Source of the DNA: Candidatus Omnitrophota bacterium
GTDB taxonomy: Bacteria; Omnitrophota; Omnitrophia; Omnitrophales; Omnitrophaceae
Assembly: GCA_029561555.1 (NCBI GenBank)
Contig: JAKQXH010000080.1
Coordinates: 1 to 57,118 of the forward strand
DNA length: 57,118 nucleotides
Direction of reading: 5' to 3'
The position numbers and the translations under genes are program-made. The notes under the pieces are model-generated. The model was not told the DNA's origin, did not search any database, and was given only the letters and a program-made list of their open reading frames with translations. Position 1 is the stretch's first letter. Every line of letters begins with the position of its first letter. Shown one piece after another: positions 1 to 10,091 of this stretch.

Positions 1-1170
1 CCCCGGGAAAAACGGGGCGTTGCCATGGCCGTTTTCGCGCTGGGAGTCATCGTCGCCCCGATCATCGGGCCCACGGTGGGAGGCTGGATCACCGACAATT
101 ATTCCTGGCGCTGGATATTTTTAATCAATCTTCCGGTCGGAATCTTGGCCGTGATCTTTTCCAGAATTTTCATCGAAGACCCTCCTTACATCCGGAAAAA
201 CCGCGCGTCCCGGATCGATTATGTGGGGTTCTCCCTCATGGCTCTCGGGCTCGGCCTTCTGCAAGTCGTCCTGGATAAAGGTCAGGAAGTGGACTGGTTT
301 TCGGCCCCTTGGATCTGCTGGTCCAGTGCCGTTGTGGTAACTTCCCTGACCGCGTTTGTGGTCTGGGAACTGAAAACGAAGGACCCGGTCGTCAATTTTC
401 ACGTCACACGGGACATCAATTTTTCGATCGGGACCCTGATCGTGACGATCATCGGCGCCGTTCTCTACAGCACCACCGCGCTTCTGCCGATTTTCCTCCA
501 GACTCTGATGGGCTATACCGCATATCTGAGCGGCCTGGCAATCAGCCCGCGGGGAATCGGCGCTTTTCTCACCGCCCTGATCGTCGGACGCATCATCGGG
601 AAGACGGACGCCCGCCTGCTGGTGGCGGGAGGTCTTACGCTGTTAGGTATTACCTGCTACAACCTCGGGGACATCAATCTGCAAATCGGTATCATGAACA
701 TCATCTGGCCCATCATCGGCACCGGAATCGGCCTCAGCTGTATTTTTGTCCCCCTGACAACGCTCACAATGGGGACGCTCCCCAAAGAAGACATGGGCAA
801 CGCGACGGGACTTTTCAATCTCATGCGTAATATCGGCGGCAGTATCGGGATCGCCCTCACAACGACCTTTCTGGCGCGCTTAAGCCAAGTGCATCAGAAT
901 ATTCTGGTCTCCCATCTGACTCCCTACGATCTCAATTATCAACAGGCGCTTCGGACCGTCCAAAACGTCCTTTCCGGAGCGGGGGCGACGGGTTTTCTGG
1001 GGCTCCGGCCGTACGAAATGATTTATCAAGAACTGCTCCGCCAGGCCTCCCTCATGGCCTTTGTGGACAATTTCCGCTGGCTGGGAATCCTTTGCGTCCT
1101 CTGCGTACCGGCAATCTTTCTGTTCCGAAAAGTGGATTTCGGGAAAAACGCGGCCGTCGCCGCGCATTGA
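1..1170 (+). CDS. DHA2-family MFS drug efflux transporter (EmrB/QacA), 5' end outside the window
   Basis: Frame is open from base 1 (PREKRGVAMAVFALGVIVAPIIGPTVGGWITDNYSWRWIFLINLPVG = MFS motif C region). Multiple TM helices; ATGLFNLMRNIGGSIGIA and AFVDNF motifs are typical of EmrB. Confidence 0.93.
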   Translation, partial: PREKRGVAMAVFALGVIVAPIIGPTVGGWITDNYSWRWIFLINLPVGILAVIFSRIFIEDPPYIRKNRASRIDYVGFSLMALGLGLLQVVLDKGQEVDWFSAPWICWSSAVVVTSLTAFVVWELKTKDPVVNFHVTRDINFSIGTLIVTIIGAVLYSTTALLPIFLQTLMGYTAYLSGLAISPRGIGAFLTALIVGRIIGKTDARLLVAGGLTLLGITCYNLGDINLQIGIMNIIWPIIGTGIGLSCIFVPLTTLTMGTLPKEDMGNATGLFNLMRNIGGSIGIALTTTFLARLSQVHQNILVSHLTPYDLNYQQALRTVQNVLSGAGATGFLGLRPYEMIYQELLRQASLMAFVDNFRWLGILCVLCVPAIFLFRKVDFGKNAAVAAH

Positions 1171-1308
1171 TTCCCGCACCTCTTCCCGGATTCCCGCCGT
1201 CAACCTATCTTGCGCGACTTTTCCCCTGATTCCGGTCCGGCTTAATGCTAGAATAAAGGGACGAAAAGAACCGAGGAATTAAAAAAACAGGGGGGGGGGA
1301 AACCCGGC

Positions 1309-2172
1309 ATGGACGAAAAAACGGTCTCGAAACTTCTTCAATTCCAGAAAAGCGAGCTCACGGAACATGTGATTTACGCCAAATTATCCGCTTCCCCCAA
1401 AAGCGGTAAAAACCGGGAAGTTCTGGAAAAAATATCCCGGGAAGAACTCAAGCATTACCAATTCTGGAAACAGATCACCCGGCGGGACATTGCCCCGGAC
1501 CGTTTTAAAATATGGTTTTACGTTTCCATCGCGAGAGTGTTCGGGCTGACCTTCGGCCTTAAACTGATGGAGCAGGACGAAGAAAAAGCCCAGGACTCCT
1601 ACGAAGAGATCGCATCGCTAATCCCCGACGCGAACATCGTGTACCGGGATGAAGTCGAACACGAAAAGCAGATCCTCAATATGATCGACGAGGAAATGCT
1701 CCGCTATCTGAGTTCCGCCGTCCTGGGGTTGAACGACGCCTTGGTCGAGTTTACGGGCGCGCTTGCCGGATTCACGCTTGCGCTGCAAAATTCGAGGACC
1801 ATCGCCATCGCGGGCCTCATCACCGGCATTGCGGCATCTCTCTCCATGGCCGCTTCGGAATATTTTTCCACTAAATCGGAAGAAGGGTCCGGGAAAAACC
1901 CTATTAAAGCGAGTTTTTACACCGGCGTGGCCTACGTCTTCACCGTCTCGGCTCTCGTCGCGCCGTTTCTGCTCATCGGGCAGATTTTCTGGGCCCTGGG
2001 CCTTTCGATTCTCGCCGCCGTCTTGATCATTCTGGCGTTTACCTTCTACATCTCAGTCGCCAAAGACCTTCCCTTCAAAAAGCGGTTTTTGGAAATGGTC
2101 ACGATCAGTCTCGGGGTTGCGGCGCTGTCATTCGGAATCGGCTATCTGGTCCGTCTGGCGCTTCACGTCTGA
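1309..2172 (+). CDS. VIT1/CCC1 family iron transporter with N-terminal ferritin/rubrerythrin-like domain (MbfA-like)
   Basis: N-terminal ExxH di-iron-type motifs (SELTEH, EELKH, DEVEHE) followed by the CCC1 signature VLGLNDALV...SMAASEY and TM helices. Confidence 0.88.
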   Translation: MDEKTVSKLLQFQKSELTEHVIYAKLSASPKSGKNREVLEKISREELKHYQFWKQITRRDIAPDRFKIWFYVSIARVFGLTFGLKLMEQDEEKAQDSYEEIASLIPDANIVYRDEVEHEKQILNMIDEEMLRYLSSAVLGLNDALVEFTGALAGFTLALQNSRTIAIAGLITGIAASLSMAASEYFSTKSEEGSGKNPIKASFYTGVAYVFTVSALVAPFLLIGQIFWALGLSILAAVLIILAFTFYISVAKDLPFKKRFLEMVTISLGVAALSFGIGYLVRLALHV

Positions 2173-2200
2173 CCGGTTTAAAGGGAGTTCTCCGGCCGGC

Positions 2201-2839
2201 TCATTTGGCCGCATGCTTGAGGACGATAAATCCGCCGATCAGGAGAACGATAAAAACGATCGAAAAAACGTCAAAATACTTTTCGATGGTCTTTTCGATC
2301 CGCTCACCGAAAATTCTTAAAGCTCCCGCAACGATGAAAAACCGCGCGCCGCGGCCCAGCACGGACGCGACAAATAAAACGGACAGGGGGATCCGGAAAA
2401 GACCGCCCGCGATCGTAATCACTTTATACGGGATCGGCGTGAACGCGGCCGTAAAAACGGTGAGGAAGGCGTTTTCGGCGTATTTCTGCCCGACCAGTTT
2501 CACGGCCGCTTCGAGATGATACGTCTCGACGATTATTTTCCCGACCGTTTCAAAAAAGCACCATCCGATGAAATATCCGAGAAACGCGCCGCACACGGAA
2601 CCCGCGGTGCAAACGGCGGCTTTCCGGATCCAGCCTTTTTTGTCGGCGATCACCGTCGGAATCAAAAGCACGTCGGGCGGGATCGGAAAAAAGGAGCTTT
2701 CCGCAAAGGCAATGCCGAACAGGGCATAGGGGGCTTGGCGGGTTTTGCTCCAATGAAGGGTCCAGTTATAGAGTTTTCTCATCCAGCGAACCGGAGCCAT
2801 TACAATATTGATGAGCGCTTGAGCCATTTTCTCCTCCAA
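2201..2839 (-). CDS. YqaA/DedA (VTT domain) membrane protein
   Basis: FAESSFFPIPPDVLLIP and FTPIPYKVITIAGG motifs of the YqaA family. The start may be the second Met, 12 nt downstream. Confidence 0.9.
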   Translation of the reverse strand: MEEKMAQALINIVMAPVRWMRKLYNWTLHWSKTRQAPYALFGIAFAESSFFPIPPDVLLIPTVIADKKGWIRKAAVCTAGSVCGAFLGYFIGWCFFETVGKIIVETYHLEAAVKLVGQKYAENAFLTVFTAAFTPIPYKVITIAGGLFRIPLSVLFVASVLGRGARFFIVAGALRIFGERIEKTIEKYFDVFSIVFIVLLIGGFIVLKHAAK

Positions 2840-2985
2840 AAAACATGCGTTTCAATTTGTTCCCGCAAAAACGAGCGCTGCATTATACCTCATTGCGGCG
2901 AAATAAAGAAAAAAGCCGGAAAGCCAAATTCGGCTCTCCGGCTTTTCCCGAATCACACGGAAATAAACGGGCTAAACCGCTTCGC

Positions 2986-3993
2986 TCAGGCCTTCCCCGC
3001 CGATCCCAGCACTTCCTGATTTTTGTGCTTGTACATCGCGATCAGGGCGTCGCGCGCGGGACCGAGATACTTGCGGGGATCGAATTCCGCCGGTTTTTCC
3101 GCAAACACTTTCCGGATCGCGGCCGTCATCCAAAGTCTGCCGTCCGAATCGATATTCACCTTGCAAACCGCCGATTTCGCGGCGCGGCGTAATTGTTCTT
3201 CGGGAATACCGACGGAATCCTTCAGTCCGCCTCCGAATTGATTGATCATTTTTACGGCCTCCGCCGGAACGGAAGACGCCCCGTGAAGCACGATGGGGAA
3301 ACCGGGAATCTTCTTCTCGATCTCTTCCAAGATGTCGAAACGAAGCTCGGGGGGGATATAAATGCCGTCCGCGTTTTTGGTGCATTGCTCGGGTTTGAAT
3401 TTATTCGCGCCGTGCGAAGTCCCGATGGAAATCGCGAGCGAATCCACTCCCGTCTTTCCGACAAAATCCACGACTTCTTCGGGCTGAGTGTAGGTGGAAT
3501 GTTCGGCGTGCACATCATCCTCGATGCCGGCCAGGACGCCCAGTTCGCCTTCCACCGTCACGTCATGCCGATGCGCGAAATCCACGACCTGCTTGGTCAA
3601 TTTGATATTTTCCGCATAGGGATGATGAGAACCGTCGATCATCACGGAAGAAAACCCCGACTCGACGCAGGACTTCGCCAATTCAAACGTGTCCCCGTGA
3701 TCCAAATGGAGCGCGACCGGGACGGGCTTCAGACCCTTGGCTTTCGCGTGCTCTCTCATCATTTCAATCGCCCCCTGCGCCATGTAGCGCAATAGAGTCT
3801 GGTCCGCGTATTTCCGCGCGCCGCTTGACACCTGAAGGATGACGGGAGACTGCGTTTCCACGCAAGCCACGATAATGGCCTGAATCTGTTCCATGTTATT
3901 GAAGTTGTACGCGGGAACGGCATACTGCCCCGCCATGGCTTTTTTGAACATTTCGCGGGTATTGACAAGGCCCAACTCTTTGTACGAAATCAT
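2986..3993 (-). CDS. fba: Class II fructose-bisphosphate aldolase
   Basis: YAVPAYNFNN, LHLDHG, SVMIDGS, VEGELG, GTSHGA, VLHGASS and KVNIDSD motifs; FDPRKYLGP C-terminus. Confidence 0.96.
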   Translation of the reverse strand: MISYKELGLVNTREMFKKAMAGQYAVPAYNFNNMEQIQAIIVACVETQSPVILQVSSGARKYADQTLLRYMAQGAIEMMREHAKAKGLKPVPVALHLDHGDTFELAKSCVESGFSSVMIDGSHHPYAENIKLTKQVVDFAHRHDVTVEGELGVLAGIEDDVHAEHSTYTQPEEVVDFVGKTGVDSLAISIGTSHGANKFKPEQCTKNADGIYIPPELRFDILEEIEKKIPGFPIVLHGASSVPAEAVKMINQFGGGLKDSVGIPEEQLRRAAKSAVCKVNIDSDGRLWMTAAIRKVFAEKPAEFDPRKYLGPARDALIAMYKHKNQEVLGSAGKA

Positions 3994-4097
3994 TTTTCTT
4001 TCTCCTTCGTTTGTTTATGAGTTCCGATTTCTTCCGTCCGGAAAATTTTCCCCGGAAGCGCTTTCATTTTACTAGAAATGCGAAAAAGCGGCAATGA

Positions 4098-5924
4098 TCA
4101 GGGTCGGGATTCGCCTGTCCGAAGCGTCTTGCGCCCGTCCGGACGGAACAGGCCGCGAAAAGCACCGAAGAAAACGACAAACGAACACCCCACCATTAAA
4201 AAAATAAGGATCGTGTTCAGCCGGACAATAAACGGCGTCGCCGATTTCGGCCAATAGTGATGCGCCATCATCTGATACGCCGCCGCAAGCGTCGTCACCG
4301 TCACAAAAACGAACGGAAGAGCCGTCACCCAAACATACCGGGCTTTTCCGGTTTTCACCAGCATCGCCGACCCTACCGCCAGGGCGATACCGGCCAACAG
4401 CTGGTTGGCAATCCCGAACATCGGCCAAATCGTGCTGATGCTCGAATTCCAGATCATATAGCCCCAGGCAAGGACGATCAGAAAACTTGCCAAAACATTG
4501 CCGGGAAGCCAATCCGTCCGCTTGAAAGGTTTCCAAACGTTTCCCAGAAGCTCCTGAAGAATAAAGCGGGCGATCCGCGTTCCCGCGTCCACCGTCGTCA
4601 AAATAAACAGCGCTTCGAACATGATCGCGAAATGATACCAGTATTTCATCAAACCGGTCAGTCCGGGAATCGCGCTGAAAATCTGCGCCATCCCCACCGC
4701 AAGCGACACGGCTCCTCCCGTCCGGCCGACCAGCGTCTCTTCCCCCACCGCGCGGGTCAGCGCGTCCAGATGCACCGGTGCGATTCCGAGCATTCCGGAG
4801 ACTTTCGCGTAAATTTCGGGCGACACATTGATCGCGTAATAATCACCGGGATGCATCGCGGAAACCGCGATCAGGCAAACAATGCTGACCAGGGCTTCCA
4901 CCAGCATCGCGCCGTACCCGATCGGACGGGCCTCCAGTTCGTTCTCCATCATTTTCGGCGTCGTTCCCGAAGACACCAGGGCGTGAAATCCCGAAATCGC
5001 CCCGCACATGATCGTGATGCAGCAGAACGGCCACGCTTTCCCGGGAATAATCGGTCCCCCGCCGTTTACAAAGCAGGAAAGCGGGGGAAACTCGAGTCTC
5101 GGGTTCACGTAAATAATCCCCGCGATCAGGATCAGGACCGTCCCGAGTTTCATGTAGGAACTCAGATAATCCCGGGGAGCGAGCAAAAGCCAAACGGGCA
5201 GCACCGAGGCAAAAAAGCCGTAAACCATCATGGCAATCACGATCTGGTGACGGTCCAAAAGAAAAATCGCGTGCAAAAACGGGATTTCCGGAATTTGTTT
5301 CCCGAAAATAACGGCCAGAAAAAGGGCCGTTACCCCGGCGATACTGGCCGTGCGCACCGCCGCATGCGCCCCTTTCCGCCACGCGTAAGTGTAAACCCCC
5401 ATCAGCATGGCGATCGGAATGGACGCCGCGATCGCGAAAGTCCCCCACGAACTCTCCGCCAGCGCGTTCACCACGACAAATCCGAGCCCCGCCAACGCCA
5501 CGATAATGATGAAAAGAATCGCAATCGCGCAGGCAACGCCCGCAACCGGTCCGAATTCGGTTTTGACGATCTCCGCCAGGGATTTCCCTTCCCGCCTGAC
5601 GGAAAAAACCAGAATCACGAAGTCGTGAACGGCGCCGCCCAAAACCGTCCCGACCACCATCCACAGCAAGCCGGGAAAATATCCGAATTGTGCCGCCAAG
5701 ACGGGTCCGATCAGCGGACCGGCTCCCGCGATTGCCGCGAAATGATGGCCGAACAGCACCCATTTCGACATCGGATAGTAATTCTGCCCGTCGCGCAAAC
5801 GGTAAGCCGGCGTTTGCCGGGAACCGTCCAGCGCAAGCACCTTGGAAGCCAGAAATGCGCTATAGTACCGGTATGCCAAAGTAAAAAGGCAAAGAGTTGT
5901 GACGATGATCGGAAGCGCGTTCAT
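4098..5924 (-). CDS. cstA: Carbon starvation protein A family (peptide/pyruvate transporter)
   Basis: [51 protein letters not shown] signatures. Confidence 0.95.
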   Translation of the reverse strand: MNALPIIVTTLCLFTLAYRYYSAFLASKVLALDGSRQTPAYRLRDGQNYYPMSKWVLFGHHFAAIAGAGPLIGPVLAAQFGYFPGLLWMVVGTVLGGAVHDFVILVFSVRREGKSLAEIVKTEFGPVAGVACAIAILFIIIVALAGLGFVVVNALAESSWGTFAIAASIPIAMLMGVYTYAWRKGAHAAVRTASIAGVTALFLAVIFGKQIPEIPFLHAIFLLDRHQIVIAMMVYGFFASVLPVWLLLAPRDYLSSYMKLGTVLILIAGIIYVNPRLEFPPLSCFVNGGGPIIPGKAWPFCCITIMCGAISGFHALVSSGTTPKMMENELEARPIGYGAMLVEALVSIVCLIAVSAMHPGDYYAINVSPEIYAKVSGMLGIAPVHLDALTRAVGEETLVGRTGGAVSLAVGMAQIFSAIPGLTGLMKYWYHFAIMFEALFILTTVDAGTRIARFILQELLGNVWKPFKRTDWLPGNVLASFLIVLAWGYMIWNSSISTIWPMFGIANQLLAGIALAVGSAMLVKTGKARYVWVTALPFVFVTVTTLAAAYQMMAHHYWPKSATPFIVRLNTILIFLMVGCSFVVFFGAFRGLFRPDGRKTLRTGESRP

Positions 5925-5956
5925 AAATTTATTGAGTTTCTATAATCCTACGAGGT

Positions 5957-5986
5957 ATTATAAGAGCTCTTGCTGAAAGCCTACAA
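5957..5986 (-). promoter_or_regulatory. Putative sigma70 promoter of cstA
   Basis: Minus strand TTGTAG-18 nt-TATAAT, about 33 nt upstream of the cstA ATG. Confidence 0.5.
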
Positions 5987-6069
5987 GCGGATAATTATCT
6001 TAAAAAAACGGATCGAACAGCTGCGCGCATCGGTCCATCGGCATCTGTCGGAAAAAGAGGAGAATGCTC

Positions 6070-6753
6070 ATGAAAAAATCGGTTTTTATGAAATTTTCGA
6101 TTTTGCTCACGCTGGTTTCGCTCGTCGCGGGCTGTGCCGGTCTGTCGGAGACCTCTCCGTCTGGATTCCTTCAAAACTACTCGGAGATGAGCAAAGGGAC
6201 CTATTTCGTACAGGAGCACGCTTCCCCGACCGCCAATTTCTCGAAATACGATTCGGTCAAAATCGCCCCCGTCAACTTTGACTACTTGACGGATAAAACC
6301 GTCTGCAGCGCCGACGACCTGGAAGACCTCGGCCACGCGTTCCGCAAAGATCTCGAGGAACAGCTCACGGCGCAGGGATTCAAAATCACGGCGGTCCCGA
6401 CCGAAAAAACTCTGGTCCTCAGCATCGCCATCACCAACGTGGAATTACCGGCCAGGGTCTTCAACGCGGCAAAAAGCCTCGCCCCGTTTCCGTTCAGCAT
6501 GATCCCGACCGACACGGACGGGACAACCGCGTTTGAAGGCAAAATAACCGACGGGCCGTCCGGGAAAGTCCTTGCCCAGTTTGCGGAACAGGCTTCGGGC
6601 GCGGGAGATTCTCATGACGTCAAGGCCATGATCGTCGGAGGGTACGCCAAATTCATGAACGCCGAAACGGTCTTCAAGCGCTGGGCGGAAAAAATCGCGG
6701 AAATGCTCAGCAATCTGAAGGAACTTTCACAGGAATCCAAAACCGGGAAATAA
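6070..6753 (+). CDS. Lipoprotein, DUF3313-like
   Basis: Signal peptide with lipobox VAGC; SGFLQNYS, YDSVKIAPV, LSIAITNV and FEGKITDG pattern of DUF3313 proteins. The start may be 6064. Confidence 0.7.
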   Translation: MKKSVFMKFSILLTLVSLVAGCAGLSETSPSGFLQNYSEMSKGTYFVQEHASPTANFSKYDSVKIAPVNFDYLTDKTVCSADDLEDLGHAFRKDLEEQLTAQGFKITAVPTEKTLVLSIAITNVELPARVFNAAKSLAPFPFSMIPTDTDGTTAFEGKITDGPSGKVLAQFAEQASGAGDSHDVKAMIVGGYAKFMNAETVFKRWAEKIAEMLSNLKELSQESKTGK

Positions 6754-6758
6754 AAACC

Positions 6759-7112
6759 ATGAGCGACATCGCGCAAGAACAGAAAATCCTCGAAGAATTA
6801 AAAACCAAGCTGGTCGAACGGCACAAAGAGCTGTCGGGCGAAATGATTTCGCACCGGAAGGAACTTCGGGATGAGGCTTCTCCCGAAGATGCCGCCCAGA
6901 TCCGGGAAGACGCGGAAATGCTGGAGGAGGAAAGTTTTCTCGAGGAGCAGGAAATTCATCTGATCGAAGAAGCGGTCCAGAGAATCGCGGACGGGTCTTA
7001 CGGGCAATGTCTGGATTGTAAAAACCGGATCCCCGTCGCTAGGCTTCGGGTCCTGCCTTACGCAAAATTTTGCGTCCCCTGCGAAACAAAACGGGAACGG
7101 ACAAAAAAATAA
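6759..7112 (+). CDS. TraR/DksA family C4 zinc-finger protein
   Basis: Coiled coil followed by GSYGQCLDC...IPVARL...YAKFCVPC. Confidence 0.92.
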   Translation: MSDIAQEQKILEELKTKLVERHKELSGEMISHRKELRDEASPEDAAQIREDAEMLEEESFLEEQEIHLIEEAVQRIADGSYGQCLDCKNRIPVARLRVLPYAKFCVPCETKRERTKK

Positions 7113-7207
7113 TTTCATTTGGGACCGGAAGGCCGCTTGCGAAAGCTTGGCACGCCCATGATCCCAAAACCATTCGGAAGGCTTCCGAAAAAGCGAAAGG
7201 AACGGTC

Positions 7208-7780
7208 ATGAAGTACCTGGTGATTTATGCGCATCCGAATCCGCGGAGTTTCAACCATGCCGTCAAGGAGGTGGTTCTCTCGAAACTGCGGGGTCACGCG
7301 GAAAAATTCGAAGTGCGAAACCTTTACGAATTAAAATTTGATCCGGTCCTGAGCGCCGGAGACTTTATCCTGTTGCAACAGGGAAAAACCTCCCCGGACA
7401 TTCTCAAAGAACAGGCGTATGTCAAAGAATCGGATGTTCTGATTTTCATTTATCCGGTTTGGTGGTACGGTATGCCGGCAATCCTGAAAGGTTATATTGA
7501 CCGGGTCTTTTCCCACGGATTCGCGTACCGGATCACCGAAAAAGGGATTGAAGGCCTTTTGAAGGGGAAAAAAGTCGTGATTTTCAACACGACGGGGGGA
7601 CCGGAAGAACATTTCCGGGAAGCCGGTTACTTGGACGCATTGAACAAAACGGCCGATGCCGGAATTTTCGGGTTTTGCGGAATGGAAGTGATTTTGCATC
7701 AATATCTCTACGCCGTCCCCTCGATTTCCCAGGAACAACGGCTGGAAATGCTCCGGGAAGTCGAAAACAGCCGTTTTTAG
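7208..7780 (+). CDS. NAD(P)H-dependent quinone oxidoreductase (flavodoxin-2 fold, KefF/MdaB-like)
   Basis: YAHPNPRSFN, FIYPVWWYGMPAILKGYIDRVF, NTTGG motifs. Start reassigned to ATG 7208. Confidence 0.92.
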   Translation: MKYLVIYAHPNPRSFNHAVKEVVLSKLRGHAEKFEVRNLYELKFDPVLSAGDFILLQQGKTSPDILKEQAYVKESDVLIFIYPVWWYGMPAILKGYIDRVFSHGFAYRITEKGIEGLLKGKKVVIFNTTGGPEEHFREAGYLDALNKTADAGIFGFCGMEVILHQYLYAVPSISQEQRLEMLREVENSRF

Positions 7781-7793
7781 GGAGGTCGCGCCC

Positions 7794-8141
7794 ATGATCA
7801 AGCGGAAAGCCGAACAGGAAACCGAAATTCGCGAAAAGATGCGCGGAGGCGCGGGGCATGTCGCGATCCGGCATTATTTCAAACCCGAGGAAATCACGGC
7901 CAAAACCCGGCTTTGCGCCGAACTCACGCTTCCGCCGGGATCCGGAATCGGGCCGCACGAACACGCGGAAGAAGACGAAATTTACATCATTCAAAAAGGC
8001 AGGGGCATGATGACGGACGGCGGGAAAGAAATCGCGGTTTCCGCCGGGGATGCCATCCTGACCGGCGGAGGGGCTTCGCATTCGATTCGGAACACCGGCG
8101 AAGAAGATCTCGTCGTCACCGCCGTCATCATGAAATACTGA
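7794..8141 (+). CDS. Cupin domain protein
   Basis: GSGIGPHEH...EIYII..G.G and GDAILT.GGASHSIRN cupin motifs; GGAGG RBS upstream. Confidence 0.9.
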   Translation: MIKRKAEQETEIREKMRGGAGHVAIRHYFKPEEITAKTRLCAELTLPPGSGIGPHEHAEEDEIYIIQKGRGMMTDGGKEIAVSAGDAILTGGGASHSIRNTGEEDLVVTAVIMKY

Positions 8142-8143
8142 CC

Positions 8144-9250
8144 ATGGATTTCCCCGTTGAAACCGTCATTCCGCAAAAAACCCTTTTCCGGCCGGGCGCT
8201 TTGACGGCATTGATCCCGGAATGCCTGGAATTCGGCCCGCGCGGAATTCTGGTGCACGGGCCGTCTCTCGAAAAGAACGGGCAGAAAGACCTCCTGTCGA
8301 AAACCGTGCCATCGGACGCATCCGTCCGCTATTTCCGCCGGAAATCCGGCGAGCCCGAACTTTCCGAGATCGGCGACCTCATCCGGGCGGGACGCGAATT
8401 CAAGGCAGACTGGATCGCCGGAATCGGCGGGGGAAGCGTCCTGGATCTCGCGAAAGCGGCAGCCGGTCTTTTCAACGCCAAAGAGAAGCCCGTCTACTAT
8501 CAGGAAGGCGGCGAGTTGAAAGAGCCCGGCATCCCTTTTATCGCCGTTCCCACCACGGCCGGGTCCGGCTCCGAAGCGACCGTCAACGCCGTCATCATCA
8601 ATCCCGAAAAAAAAGCTAAACTTTCCATCCGTGACAAAACATTCATGGCCCGGAAAGTCATTTTGGATCCGGACCTCCTCCGGAAAGCGCCTCCGGCGGT
8701 TCTGCGTTTCTCGGCCATGGATGCCCTGGTCCAGGCGTACGAATCTTTTATTTCAAAAAACGCGACTTGGTTCAGCGAAACCTTCGCGTTGAAAGCCGTC
8801 GAACTGCTTGCGCATCACCTGCCGCCCGGCCTCGAGTCGCGCGCCGAAGAACACTTGTCGTCTCTTCTTCTGGGCAGTTATTTTTCGGGGATCGCGTTCA
8901 ACGCCTCCCGGCTCGGCGTAATCCACGGCATCGCGCATCCTCTGGGCGCGCTTTATCACGAACCTCACGGCCTGATTTGTTCGGTCTGCCTCCCGGCCTC
9001 GATCAAAATCAACCGGCGGGTGATGGGCCGGAAATACGACGTGATGACCTATGTCGTAAAAAAGGACTTCCTGGAAAAAACCGAAGAATTGCTGTCCCTT
9101 CTCAAAATCGAATCCCCCTTCAGAGGGAAACCGCTCATCGAAAAAGAAAAAATTATCGCGGAAACCCTCCGGTCGGGATCCACCGCCGCCAATCCCAAAC
9201 CGATTACCCGGGAAGACGTCGAATTCATTCTTGAAGAAATTTTTAAATGA
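8144..9250 (+). CDS. Iron-containing alcohol dehydrogenase
   Basis: GIGGGSVLDLAK, AVPTTAGSGSE, MDALVQAYE, IHGIAH and HG metal ligands. Start reassigned to ATG 8144. Confidence 0.92.
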   Translation: MDFPVETVIPQKTLFRPGALTALIPECLEFGPRGILVHGPSLEKNGQKDLLSKTVPSDASVRYFRRKSGEPELSEIGDLIRAGREFKADWIAGIGGGSVLDLAKAAAGLFNAKEKPVYYQEGGELKEPGIPFIAVPTTAGSGSEATVNAVIINPEKKAKLSIRDKTFMARKVILDPDLLRKAPPAVLRFSAMDALVQAYESFISKNATWFSETFALKAVELLAHHLPPGLESRAEEHLSSLLLGSYFSGIAFNASRLGVIHGIAHPLGALYHEPHGLICSVCLPASIKINRRVMGRKYDVMTYVVKKDFLEKTEELLSLLKIESPFRGKPLIEKEKIIAETLRSGSTAANPKPITREDVEFILEEIFK

Positions 9251-10035
9251 ACGGGCGACCGAAACGATTTGACCGGAAAAAATTTCCTTTCCGTTCCTTT
9301 CTCAAAAATCTTCATGTAGTGCTGGTCCGTGCCGAAAATCCCGTCAACATCGGCCAAAGCGCCCGGGCCATGAAAAATTTCGGCGTCTCCCGTTTGATCC
9401 TCGTAAACTGCGCGCCCCACAAAACCCCCGAAGCGTACACGCCGGGCTGGAAAGCGCGGGACATTCTCGATTCTGCGAAACAGGAGGAGGATCTCGGCCG
9501 GGTTACCGCACAATCCTCCTTCTCAGTCGGCTTCACGACCCGGATCGGAAAACGTCGGGGCGAAGCGCGCCCTTTCCCCGAATGGCTTCCCCGGATTCTG
9601 GACGCCCTCCGGTCCAAAAAAGTCCATTTGGTTTTCGGCAACGAAAAAAACGGCCTGTCGAATGAAGAACTCGAAAAATGCCATGCCATCGCGATAATTC
9701 CCGCAAACCGGGACTATTCTTCCCTGAATCTTTCGCATGCCGTTGCCGTCGCGCTGTACGGAATCTTTTCTTCAAGCCCGGAAGCAATCCGTGCCGGCGA
9801 AAAGCCCCGGGAGGTGTATCCGTCCCCCGGAGAATTGGAAATTTTTTCCCGCCGTCTTTTGGAAACCCTCGAAGCCGCGGGATACGGACAATCAGAACGG
9901 GACGGATTCGTTTTTCAGATTCATGAGAAAATGCAGCGGTTCTTCCGGAAATCCGCCCCGGACCGGCGGGAATTGCATCTTTTTCAGTCTTTTCTGTCAC
10001 GAATCCTGCGACGGATTCCCGCGATTAAACGTTGA
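9247..10035 (+). CDS. SPOUT RNA methyltransferase, TrmJ/LasT subfamily
   Basis: NIGQSARAMKNFG, VFGNEKNGLSNEEL and SSLNLSHAVAV motifs; ATGA overlap with the upstream gene. Confidence 0.9.
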   Translation: MNGRPKRFDRKKFPFRSFLKNLHVVLVRAENPVNIGQSARAMKNFGVSRLILVNCAPHKTPEAYTPGWKARDILDSAKQEEDLGRVTAQSSFSVGFTTRIGKRRGEARPFPEWLPRILDALRSKKVHLVFGNEKNGLSNEELEKCHAIAIIPANRDYSSLNLSHAVAVALYGIFSSSPEAIRAGEKPREVYPSPGELEIFSRRLLETLEAAGYGQSERDGFVFQIHEKMQRFFRKSAPDRRELHLFQSFLSRILRRIPAIKR

Positions 10036-10091
10036 AAGGTTCCGCGGGACCTTTTAAAATGTCCCGGTCGCTTCGTCGAAAGGAATATGGA

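Noticed and set aside
4257-5945. 562-aa plus-strand ORF and other long shadow ORFs (12276-13304, 18742-19773, 22940-23887, 25592-26476, 51879-52874)
   Set aside because: Fully antisense to confidently identified genes; Arg/His-rich composition typical of GC-rich shadow frames.
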